Below are positions 16,134-24,954 of a DNA stretch of 42,182 nt, piece after piece. The DNA is from a virus. The stretch lies in the IMG/VR virus record IMGVR_UViG_3300045988_041703; one strand, written 5' to 3'. Every line of letters begins with the position of its first letter. Position 1 is the first letter of the stretch. Below the pieces are notes generated by a model that was not told the DNA's origin, did not search any database, and saw nothing but the letters and a program-made list of their open reading frames with translations. A program made the position numbers and the translations under genes.

Positions 16134-16628
16134 TTGATTAAATTAACACCGAAGCAAGAAAAGTTTGTGCTAGGACTCATAGAGGGCAAGAGCCAACGGA
16201 AAGCATATATTGACGCAGGGTATTCGACTAAAGGTAAGAGTGGGGAATATCTAGATAAAGAAGCGAGTACACTTTTTAAAAATCGGAAGGTTTCCGGAAG
16301 GTACGAAAAATTGCGTCAAGAAGTAGCTGAACAATCAAAATGGACACGCCAAAAGGCCTTTGAAGAATATGAGTGGCTAAAGAATGTAGCTAAGAATGAC
16401 ATTGAAATAGAGGGAGTGAAGAAAGCGACAGCTGATGCATTCCTCGCTAGTTTAGATGGTATGAATAGAATGACGTTAGGTAACGAAGTTTTAGCTAACA
16501 AGAAAATAGAAACTGAAATTAAGATGCTTGAGAAGAAGATTGAACAAATAGATAAAGGTGACAGTGGAACAGAAGATAAAATCAAACAACTTCACGACGC
16601 AATAACGGAAGTGATCGTCAATGAATAA
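16134..16628 (+). CDS. terS: terminase small subunit
   Basis: KLTPKQEKFVLGLIEGKSQRKAYIDAGYS... is the classic Terminase_2/P27-type terS N-terminus. TTG start. Confidence 0.75.
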   Translation: MIKLTPKQEKFVLGLIEGKSQRKAYIDAGYSTKGKSGEYLDKEASTLFKNRKVSGRYEKLRQEVAEQSKWTRQKAFEEYEWLKNVAKNDIEIEGVKKATADAFLASLDGMNRMTLGNEVLANKKIETEIKMLEKKIEQIDKGDSGTEDKIKQLHDAITEVIVNE

Positions 16629-17844
16629 ACTTAAATCTTTATATACGGACAAACAAATTGAAATATTGAAGCAAACGCAAAAACGAGATTGGTTTATGTT
16701 AATTAATCACGGAGCAAAGCGTACAGGTAAAACAATATTAAACAATGACTTATTTTTACGTGAGTTAATGCGTGTGCGAAAGATAGCAGACGAAGAAGGA
16801 ATTGAGACACCTCAATATATACTTGCTGGTGCAACATTAGGTACGATTCAAAAAAACGTACTAATAGAGTTAACTAACAAATATGGCATTGAGTTTAATT
16901 TTGATAAATATAATTCATTCATGTTATTTGGCGTTCAAGTGGTTCAGACAGGTCACAGTAAAGTAAGTGGTATAGGAGCTATACGTGGTATGACATCGTT
17001 TGGTGCATATATCAACGAAGCGTCGTTAGCGCATGAAGAAGTGTTTGACGAGATTAAGTCACGTTGTAGTGGAACTGGTGCAAGAATATTGGTAGATACC
17101 AACCCTGACCATCCCGAGCATTGGTTGTTGAAAGATTATATTGAAAATACAGATCCTAAAGCAGGTATACTGAGTCACCAATTTAAGCTCGATGACAATA
17201 ACTTTCTTAATGATAGATATAAAGAGTCTATTAAGGCTTCAACACCATCAGGTATGTTCTATGAACGTAATATCAACGGTATGTGGGTGTCTGGTGACGG
17301 TGTAGTATATGCCGACTTTGATTTGAATGAGAATACGATTAAAGCAGATGAACTGGACGACATACCTATCAAAGAATACTTTGCTGGTGTCGACTGGGGT
17401 TACGAGCACTATGGATCTATTGTGTTAATAGGACGAGGTATAGATGGTAACTTTTATTTTATTGAGGAGCACGCACACCAATTTAAGTTTATTGATGATT
17501 GGGTGGTTATTGCAAAAGATATTGTAAGTAGATATGGCAATATTAATTTTTACTGCGATACTGCACGACCTGAATACATCACTGAATTTAGAAGACATAG
17601 ATTACGTGCAATTAACGCTGATAAAAGTAAACTATCGGGTGTAGAGGAAGTTGCTAAGTTGTTCAAACAAAACAAGTTACTTGTTCTTTATGATAATATG
17701 GATAGGTTTAAGCAAGAGGTATTTAAATATGTTTGGCACCCTACAAACGGAGAGCCTATAAAAGAATTTGATGACGTGTTGGACTCGTTAAGATATGCCA
17801 TATACACACATACTAAACCTGAACGATTAAGGAGGGGGAAATGA
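16621..17844 (+). CDS. terL: terminase large subunit (PBSX/XtmB family)
   Basis: Walker A-like HGAKRTGKT, about 407 aa, follows terS. Nuclease-type C-terminus (VDWGYEHYGSIVLIGRG). Confidence 0.8.
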   Translation: MNKLKSLYTDKQIEILKQTQKRDWFMLINHGAKRTGKTILNNDLFLRELMRVRKIADEEGIETPQYILAGATLGTIQKNVLIELTNKYGIEFNFDKYNSFMLFGVQVVQTGHSKVSGIGAIRGMTSFGAYINEASLAHEEVFDEIKSRCSGTGARILVDTNPDHPEHWLLKDYIENTDPKAGILSHQFKLDDNNFLNDRYKESIKASTPSGMFYERNINGMWVSGDGVVYADFDLNENTIKADELDDIPIKEYFAGVDWGYEHYGSIVLIGRGIDGNFYFIEEHAHQFKFIDDWVVIAKDIVSRYGNINFYCDTARPEYITEFRRHRLRAINADKSKLSGVEEVAKLFKQNKLLVLYDNMDRFKQEVFKYVWHPTNGEPIKEFDDVLDSLRYAIYTHTKPERLRRGK

Positions 17845-19265
17845 CATTGTATAAGTTAATAGATGATATTGAAGCACAAGGAATATTGCCTAAGCATATT
17901 GAGGCTCTAATAGAGTCACATAAAGACGATAGAGAGAGAATGGTTAATCTCTATAATAGATACAAGACACATATTGACTATGTACCAATATTCAAACGTC
18001 GACCAATTGAAGAAAAAGAAGATTTTGAAACTGGTGGAAATGTAAGGCGATTAGACGTGTCTGTTAATAACAAACTTAACAACTCTTTTGACAGCGAAAT
18101 TGTTGATACACGTGTTGGTTATTTACATGGTGTTCCTGTTACTTATGATTTAGATGAAAACGCAGAAAAAAACGAAAAGTTGAAAAAGTTTATAACCAAC
18201 TTTGCCATTAGAAATAGTGTTGATGATGAGGATTCTGAAATAGGTAAAATGGCAGCAATTTGCGGATATGGTGCTAGGTTAGCATATATTGATACGAATG
18301 GTGATATTAGGATTAAGAATATAGATCCCTATAATGTTATTTTTGTTGGCGACAATATTTTAGAACCTACATACTCATTGCGCTACTTTTATGAAAAAGA
18401 TGATGATAATGGCACTGATTATGTGTACGCAGAGTTTTACGATAATGCTTATTATTATGTATTTCGAGGAGAAGGTATTGACGCTTTGCAAGAAGTTGGA
18501 CGATATGAACATTTATTTGATTACAATCCATTGTTTGGTGTACCTAACAACAAAGAGATGATAGGAGATGCTGAAAAGGTTATTCACTTAATTGACGCAT
18601 ATGATTTAACAATGAGCGATGCATCAAGTGAGATTAGTCAGACACGTTTAGCATACCTTGTGTTACGCGGTATGGGTATGAGTGAAGAAATGATTCAAGA
18701 AACACAAAAGAGTGGCGCATTTGAGTTGTTCGACAAAGATATGGACGTTAAATACTTAACAAAAGATGTAAATGACACAATGATTGAGAACCATTTAGAT
18801 CGAATCGAAAAGAATATCATGCGTTTTGCAAAGTCAGTAAACTTTAATTCTGACGAGTTTAACGGAAATGTACCTATCATTGGAATGAAACTTAAACTTA
18901 TGGCTTTAGAGAACAAGTGTATGACGTTTGAGCGTAAGATGACAGCTATGTTGAGGTATCAATTCAAAGTTATTTTATCTGCATTAAAGCGTAAAGGGTA
19001 CAACTTGGATGATGATAGTTATTTAAACCTGATATTTAAGTTCACTCGTAACATTCCAGTTAATAAGTTAGAAGAATCACAAGTGCTAATTAACCTGAAG
19101 GGACAAGTTTCAGAACGAACAAGGTTAGGACAATCACAACTAGTTGATGATGTTGATTACGAATTAGACGAAATGGAAAAAGAAAGTCTTGAATTTAATG
19201 ACAAATTACCTGACATAGATGAAGGTGACGCAAATGACAAATCCCAAAATAACCAATCAGAATGA
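17841..19265 (+). CDS. portal protein (SPP1 gp6-like)
   Basis: 474 aa, immediately after terL. Acidic C-terminus. Confidence 0.75.
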   Translation: MTLYKLIDDIEAQGILPKHIEALIESHKDDRERMVNLYNRYKTHIDYVPIFKRRPIEEKEDFETGGNVRRLDVSVNNKLNNSFDSEIVDTRVGYLHGVPVTYDLDENAEKNEKLKKFITNFAIRNSVDDEDSEIGKMAAICGYGARLAYIDTNGDIRIKNIDPYNVIFVGDNILEPTYSLRYFYEKDDDNGTDYVYAEFYDNAYYYVFRGEGIDALQEVGRYEHLFDYNPLFGVPNNKEMIGDAEKVIHLIDAYDLTMSDASSEISQTRLAYLVLRGMGMSEEMIQETQKSGAFELFDKDMDVKYLTKDVNDTMIENHLDRIEKNIMRFAKSVNFNSDEFNGNVPIIGMKLKLMALENKCMTFERKMTAMLRYQFKVILSALKRKGYNLDDDSYLNLIFKFTRNIPVNKLEESQVLINLKGQVSERTRLGQSQLVDDVDYELDEMEKESLEFNDKLPDIDEGDANDKSQNNQSE

Positions 19266-20184
19266 TATTGATGAGTATATCGAGGGTTTAATCTCTAAAG
19301 CAGAAAAACCAATAGAACAACTATTTGCTAATCGACTTAAAGAGATAAAACAAATCATCGCAGATATGTTTGAGAAATATCAAAATGATGATGTGTATGT
19401 TACATGGACTGAATTCAATAAATACAACAGGCTCAATAAGGAGTTAACTCGTATAGGTACAATGTTGACTGATGACTATAGGCAAGTAGCTAAGATGATT
19501 CAGAAGTCACAAGAAGATGCTTATATAGAAAAATTCCTTATGAGCCTTTATTTATATGAAATGGCGAGTCAAACATCTATGCAGTTTGATGTTCCGAGTA
19601 AAGAGGTAATCAAATCAGCTATTGAACAACCTATTGAGTTCATTCGTTTAATGCCAACACTACAAAAACATCGTGATGAAGTATTGAAAAAGATACGTAT
19701 GCACATTACACAAGGTATTATGAGTGGAGAGGGTTACTCTAAGATAGCTAAAGCAATACGTGATGATGTCGGCATGTCTAAAGCTCAATCATTGCGTGTG
19801 GCTCGTACAGAAGCAGGCAGAGCAATGTCACAAGCTGGACTTGATAGCGCAATGGTTGCTAAAGATAACGGTTTGAAGATGAAGAAACGTTGGAATGCTA
19901 CTAAAGATACACGAACACGTGATACTCATCGTCATTTAGATGGGGAATCAGTGGAAATAGACCAAAACTTTCAATCAAGTGGATGTGTTGGACAGGCACC
20001 CAAGCTATTTATCGGTGTAAACAGTGCGAAAGAGAATATTAATTGTCGTTGTAAATTACTCTATTACATTGATGAAGATGAATTACCAACTGTGATGAGA
20101 GTGCGTAATGATGATGGTGAAAACGAAGTTATACCATTCATGAATTATCGTGAGTGGGAAAAGCACAAGAGGAAAAAGAAATAA
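19234..20184 (+). CDS. minor head / head morphogenesis protein (SPP1 gp7 / Mu F-like)
   Basis: Position after portal. ATG 19234 follows GAAGGTGA. Confidence 0.6.
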   Translation: MTNPKITNQNDIDEYIEGLISKAEKPIEQLFANRLKEIKQIIADMFEKYQNDDVYVTWTEFNKYNRLNKELTRIGTMLTDDYRQVAKMIQKSQEDAYIEKFLMSLYLYEMASQTSMQFDVPSKEVIKSAIEQPIEFIRLMPTLQKHRDEVLKKIRMHITQGIMSGEGYSKIAKAIRDDVGMSKAQSLRVARTEAGRAMSQAGLDSAMVAKDNGLKMKKRWNATKDTRTRDTHRHLDGESVEIDQNFQSSGCVGQAPKLFIGVNSAKENINCRCKLLYYIDEDELPTVMRVRNDDGENEVIPFMNYREWEKHKRKKK

Positions 20185-20279
20185 TACACCTATCGACCTT
20201 AGCATGTCGTTAAACTGCTTTTTATTATGCACTTTTCGGACTGTTAGGGTACGCGAAGGGCAAAAAGGAGTTCTGATAT

Positions 20280-20864
20280 ATGAATATCGAAGAAGTTAAG
20301 TCTTTTTTTGAAGAACACAAAGACGATAAAGAAGTAAAAGATTATCTAAACGGACTTAAGACGGTGTCTGTTGATGACGTTAAAGGCTTTTTAGATACAG
20401 AAGAAGGTAAACGATTCATTCAACCTGAATTAGATCGTTATCATTCGAAAGGATTAGAATCATGGAAAGAGAAAAATCTTGAGGATCTAATCGAACAAGA
20501 AGTACGGAAGCGTAATCCTGAGCAATCAGAAGAACAAAAACGTATTAGTGCTCTTGAACAAGAGTTAGAAAAACGCGACGCAGAGGCAAAACGTGAGAAG
20601 TTAAGAAGTAACGCGCTAGGTAAAGCGCAGGAACTAAATTTACCAACATCCTTAGTTGATAGATTTTTAGGCGATTCTGATGAAGATACTGAGCAAAACT
20701 TAAAAGCTTTAAAAGAAACCTTTGACAAGTATGTTCAAAAAGGTGTTGAGTCTAAATTTAAATCGAGTGGAAGAGATGTTAAAGAATCACGAAATCAAGA
20801 TTTAGACCCTTCAAATGTAAAGTCCATTGAAGAAATGGCGAAAGAAATCAATATTAGAAAATAA
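20280..20864 (+). CDS. scaffolding protein
   Basis: Acidic coiled-coil protein directly upstream of the capsid gene. Confidence 0.6.
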   Translation: MNIEEVKSFFEEHKDDKEVKDYLNGLKTVSVDDVKGFLDTEEGKRFIQPELDRYHSKGLESWKEKNLEDLIEQEVRKRNPEQSEEQKRISALEQELEKRDAEAKREKLRSNALGKAQELNLPTSLVDRFLGDSDEDTEQNLKALKETFDKYVQKGVESKFKSSGRDVKESRNQDLDPSNVKSIEEMAKEINIRK

Positions 20865-20880
20865 AGTGAGGTAATAAAAT

Positions 20881-21795
20881 ATGGCAACTCCAACATACAC
20901 GCCAGGCAATGTTATTTTATCGGATTTTAAAAACGGCGTTATTCCAGCAGAACAAGGTACTTTAATCATGAAAGACATTATGGCTAATTCAGCAATTATG
21001 AAATTAGCTAAAAATGAGCCAATGACAGCACAAAAGAAAAAATTTACTTACTTAGCAAAAGGTGTAGGCGCCTACTGGGTATCAGAAACGGAACGTATTC
21101 AAACTTCTAAGCCTGAATATGCTCAAGCAGAAATGGAAGCTAAGAAAATTGGTGTAATTATTCCGTTATCAAAAGAGTTTCTTAAATGGACTGCAAAAGA
21201 TTTCTTTAATGAGGTTAAACCTCTAATTGCAGAGGCATTTTACAAAGCGTTTGACCAAGCTGTTATCTTTGGTACTAAATCACCTTACAACACTTCAACT
21301 AGTGGTAAACCGCTTGTTGAAGGCGCAGAAGAGAAAGGTAACGTTGTTACAGATACTAATAATTTATACGTAGACCTTTCGGCATTAATGGCTACTATTG
21401 AAGATGAAGAGTTAGATCCAAACGGAGTATTAACTACACGTTCATTCAGAAGTAAAATGCGTAATGCTTTAGATGCTAATGACAGACCATTATTTGATGC
21501 TAACGGGAACGAGATTATGGGATTACCACTATCTTATACTGGAGCGGATGTATACGACAAAAAGAAATCGTTAGCACTAATGGGTGATTGGGATTACGCA
21601 CGTTACGGTATCTTACAAGGTATTGAGTATGCAATTTCTGAAGATGCCACGTTAACGACGTTACAAGCATCAGATGCTTCTGGCCAACCAGTATCATTAT
21701 TTGAACGTGATATGTTCGCTTTACGTGCGACGATGCATATTGCATACATGAACGTTAAACCAGAAGCGTTCGCAACGCTTAAACCAACTGAATAG
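20881..21795 (+). CDS. major capsid protein
   Basis: 304 aa after the scaffold gene. RBS GAGGTAATAAAAT. Confidence 0.7.
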   Translation: MATPTYTPGNVILSDFKNGVIPAEQGTLIMKDIMANSAIMKLAKNEPMTAQKKKFTYLAKGVGAYWVSETERIQTSKPEYAQAEMEAKKIGVIIPLSKEFLKWTAKDFFNEVKPLIAEAFYKAFDQAVIFGTKSPYNTSTSGKPLVEGAEEKGNVVTDTNNLYVDLSALMATIEDEELDPNGVLTTRSFRSKMRNALDANDRPLFDANGNEIMGLPLSYTGADVYDKKKSLALMGDWDYARYGILQGIEYAISEDATLTTLQASDASGQPVSLFERDMFALRATMHIAYMNVKPEAFATLKPTE

Positions 21796-21803
21796 GAGGA
21801 GAT

Positions 21804-21950
21804 ATGATGGCTAATCCTGCAGAAGAGATTAAGGTAAAAAAAAACAATATGACTATTACTGTTACAAAGAAGGCGTTTGACTCTTATTACAGTCTTGTCG
21901 GTTACAAAGAGGTTAAATCACGCCGTACTACGTCTGATAAGAGCGAGTGA
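21804..21950 (+). CDS. small hypothetical protein (48 aa)
   Basis: Not in the track. TAGGAGGAG RBS. Contains an A9 tract (21835-21843). Confidence 0.3.
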   Translation: MMANPAEEIKVKKNNMTITVTKKAFDSYYSLVGYKEVKSRRTTSDKSE

Positions 21951-21955
21951 TAAAA

Positions 21956-22306
21956 ATGACTCTTTATGAAGATGTTAAACTTTTACTCAAGAAAAATGGA
22001 GTGGAAGTTAAAAGTGATGAAGAAGAAATATTTAAGATGGAAGTTGACGGAATAATAGAAGATGTTAGGGATATAACAAACAATGATTTTATGAAAGATG
22101 GTCAAGTCATTTATCCTTACTCAATCAAAAAGTATGTCGCAGACGTCCTAGAGTATTATCAACGACTTGAAGTTAAAAAGAATTTAAAGTCAAGAAGTAT
22201 GGGGACAGTGTCGTACACTTATAACGATGGTGTCCCTGATTACATTAGTGGAGTATTAAACAGGTATAAACGAGCAAAGTTTCATCCGTTTAAATCAATA
22301 AGGTAG
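21956..22306 (+). CDS. head-tail connector / DNA-packaging protein (gp15-like)
   Basis: Position and size. ATG 21956. Confidence 0.5.
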   Translation: MTLYEDVKLLLKKNGVEVKSDEEEIFKMEVDGIIEDVRDITNNDFMKDGQVIYPYSIKKYVADVLEYYQRLEVKKNLKSRSMGTVSYTYNDGVPDYISGVLNRYKRAKFHPFKSIR

Positions 22307-22308
22307 AG

Positions 22309-22653
22309 GTGTTGTTTGTGTTTAACCCATACGACGAATTCCCTCACACTATTTCTATTGGAAGTATCAAAAAAGTAGGAGAGTATCCAATTATACAAGA
22401 GCGCTTTGTAAGCGATAAAACAATTAAAGGATTTATGGATACGCCTACTACATCTGAACAACTAAAATTTCATCAAATGTCACAAGAATATGACAGAAAC
22501 CTATATGTACCTTACGACTTACCAATAGCTAAAAACAATTTATTTGAGTATGAGGGTAGAATCTTTAGTATTGTAGGCGATTCTGTAGATCAGGGCGGAC
22601 AACATGAAATTAAACTACTACGACTTAAGCAGGTGCCATATGGCAAAAGTTAA
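22309..22653 (+). CDS. head-tail joining (head closure) protein
   Basis: Position and size. Start uncertain (GTG/TTG cluster 22309-22320). Confidence 0.45.
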   Translation: MLFVFNPYDEFPHTISIGSIKKVGEYPIIQERFVSDKTIKGFMDTPTTSEQLKFHQMSQEYDRNLYVPYDLPIAKNNLFEYEGRIFSIVGDSVDQGGQHEIKLLRLKQVPYGKS

Positions 22654-23053
22654 GTACGGTGCTGATAGCATGGTTGTTGAATTGGATAAGTTCGATAAGA
22701 AAATAGAAGAGTGGGTTAAAAAAGGTATTGCTAAAACAACGACGAAGATTTACAACACTGCTGTAGCATTAGCTCCTGTTGACTTAGGTTTTTTAGAAGA
22801 AAGTATTGACTTTAAATATTTCGATGGTGGGTTATCCAGTGTTATAAGTGTCGGCGCAGATTATGCAATATACGTTGAATACGGTACTGGTATATATGCT
22901 ACTGGTCCTGGTGGTAGTCGTGCTACAAAGATTCCGTGGAGTTTTAAAGGTGATGACGGCGAATGGTACACAACATATGGTCAAGCGCCACAGCCATTTT
23001 GGAACCCTGCAATTGACGCAGGACGCAAGACATTCGAGCAGTATTTTTCATAG
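22604..23053 (+). CDS. HK97 gp10-family tail component
   Basis: KVKYGADSMVVELDKFDKKIEEW...TAVALAPVDLGFL is HK97 gp10-like. Alternative start ATG 22640. Confidence 0.5.
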   Translation: MKLNYYDLSRCHMAKVKYGADSMVVELDKFDKKIEEWVKKGIAKTTTKIYNTAVALAPVDLGFLEESIDFKYFDGGLSSVISVGADYAIYVEYGTGIYATGPGGSRATKIPWSFKGDDGEWYTTYGQAPQPFWNPAIDAGRKTFEQYFS

Positions 23054-23065
23054 AGGTGGTTAAAT

Positions 23066-23491
23066 ATGTGGGTATCAGTTGAGCCTGAACTTACAAATCA
23101 AATATATAAAAGATTAATCTCAGACCCTAACATTAACAAACTAGTTGATGATAGGGTCTTTGACGTTGTTCAAGATGACGCTGTTTACCCATATATTGTT
23201 GTGGGTGAATCAAACGTCACTAACAACGAATCTAGTGCAACAATGAGAGAAACAGTCGGTATTGTCATACATGTGTATTCACAGTTCGCTACACAATACG
23301 AGGCTAAGCTCATTTTAAGCGCGATAGGTTATGTGCTTAACAGACCTATAGAAATAGATAATTACGAGTTTCAATTTAGCCGTATCGATAGTCAAGCAGT
23401 ATTCCCTGATATAGACAGGTTTACTAAGCATGGCACGATACGGCTTTTATTTAAGTACAGACATAAAAAGAAAAACGAAGGAGTGTATTAA
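23066..23491 (+). CDS. tail completion protein
   Basis: Position between the gp10-like and major tail genes. RBS AGAGGTGG. Confidence 0.45.
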   Translation: MWVSVEPELTNQIYKRLISDPNINKLVDDRVFDVVQDDAVYPYIVVGESNVTNNESSATMRETVGIVIHVYSQFATQYEAKLILSAIGYVLNRPIEIDNYEFQFSRIDSQAVFPDIDRFTKHGTIRLLFKYRHKKKNEGVY

Positions 23492-24049
23492 ATGGCGCAA
23501 AAAAACTATTTAGCAGTTGTACGTCCAGCTGAAACTGACTTAGATCCAGTAGAATCTTTATTATTAGCTGACTTACAAGAAGGTGGACATACGATTGAAA
23601 ATGATTTAGCTGAAATAGTACGAGGCGGTAAAACGGACTATTCTCCCAATGCAATGTCAGAATCATTTAAATTAACAATTGGTAATGTGCCTGGAGATAA
23701 AGGAATTGAAGCAGTGAAACACGCTGTACAAACAGGTGGACAGTTGCGTATATGGCTTTATGAGCGTAATAAACGTGCAGACGGTAAACATCACGGAATG
23801 TTTGGTTATGTTGTTCCAGAATCATTTGAAATGTCATTTGATGATGAAAGTGACAAAATCGAACTATCATTAAAAGTTAAATGGAATACAGCAGAAGGTG
23901 CTGAAGATAACTTGCCGAAAGAGTGGTTTGAAGCTGCAGGTGCGCCTACAGTTGAATACGAAAAATTCGGCGAAAAAGTCGGAACATTCGAGAATCAAAA
24001 GAAAGCTAGTGTTGTATCTGATTCACACACGGAAGACCATTCTATGTAA
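23492..24049 (+). CDS. major tail protein
   Basis: Position before the chaperone/TMP genes. Followed by a terminator-like hairpin. Confidence 0.6.
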   Translation: MAQKNYLAVVRPAETDLDPVESLLLADLQEGGHTIENDLAEIVRGGKTDYSPNAMSESFKLTIGNVPGDKGIEAVKHAVQTGGQLRIWLYERNKRADGKHHGMFGYVVPESFEMSFDDESDKIELSLKVKWNTAEGAEDNLPKEWFEAAGAPTVEYEKFGEKVGTFENQKKASVVSDSHTEDHSM

Positions 24050-24061
24050 ACTAATAGATCA

Positions 24062-24087
24062 AGGGGGCGTAAGCTCCCTATTTTTTT
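24062..24087 (+). terminator. hairpin aggggg-cgtaa-gctccct followed by TTTTTTT
   Basis: 7-bp stem (one G-U) with a T7 run immediately after the major tail gene. Classic attenuator position. Confidence 0.45.
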
Positions 24088-24115
24088 ATAAAAAAATTGA
24101 AAAGAGGTATATATT

Positions 24116-24622
24116 TTGACTGAATTTAATCCAATTACAACATTAAAAATTAATGACGGAGAAAAAGATTACGAAGTAGAAGCAAAAGTAACATTTGCAT
24201 TTGACCGAAAAGCTGAAAAATTCTCAGAAGATAGCGAAGATGGGAGAAAAGGAGCAATGCCAGGATTCAATGTTATCTTTAACGGTTTGCTAGAATCTAG
24301 AAACAAAGCGATTTTACAATTTTGGGAATGTGCTACTGCTTATTTAAAAAACCCACCAACTCGAGAACAATTAGAAAAAGCAATTGATGATTTCATCACT
24401 GAAAACGAGGATACTTTGCCGTTATTACAAGGGGCTTTGGACAAACTTAACAATAGTGGTTTTTTCAAGAGGGAGAGTCGCTCGTACTGGATGACATTGA
24501 ACAAAGCACCGAATATGGCCAAAAGCGAGGACAAAGAAATGACGAAAGCAGGCATAGAAATGATGAAAGAGAATTACAAGGAAATCATGGGCGCAGAACC
24601 TTACACGATTACTCAAAAATAA
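24116..24622 (+). CDS. tail assembly chaperone (gpG-like)
   Basis: Position before TMP. TTG start 8 nt after AAAGAGGT. Confidence 0.55.
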   Translation: MTEFNPITTLKINDGEKDYEVEAKVTFAFDRKAEKFSEDSEDGRKGAMPGFNVIFNGLLESRNKAILQFWECATAYLKNPPTREQLEKAIDDFITENEDTLPLLQGALDKLNNSGFFKRESRSYWMTLNKAPNMAKSEDKEMTKAGIEMMKENYKEIMGAEPYTITQK

Positions 24623-24951
24623 GGCAACTGACAGCTAGATATTTAGGATATATCCCTGAACATGAATTGTTAGCACTAACACCTGCTGAATGGCGTGATT
24701 GGCTTATTGGTGGTCAGGATAGGTACCTAGATCAAAGACAATTATTAATTGAACAAGCGCAAGCTAACGGCTTAGTACAAGCTTCTAAGAGGCTAACTAG
24801 TATGATTCGTGACATTGAGAAACAACGTTACGAAATAAGAGAACCTGGTAGCTATGCTCGTGTACAAAAAGTTAGATTAGAAGAAGAAAAAAGAAGACGT
24901 GAACTCTTCAAAGAAGGTACAAGAAAATTCCTTGAATCGAAAGGAGGTTAG
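24116..24951 (+). CDS. tail assembly chaperone gpGT-like product via -1 programmed frameshift at T_TTT_TTC (24460-24466)
   Basis: The -1 frame is open from 24457 to 24951 and overlaps the 0-frame ORF by about 165 nt. Canonical X_XXY_YYZ heptamer in the 0 frame. The track ORF 24667-24951 (TTG start) is the tail of this frame. Confidence 0.5.
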
Positions 24952-24954
24952 CCT

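Noticed and set aside
24667-24951. Track ORF with TTG start as an independent gene
   Set aside because: The frame is open upstream to 24457 and overlaps the chaperone gene with a canonical slippery heptamer. Better explained as the -1 frameshift extension.
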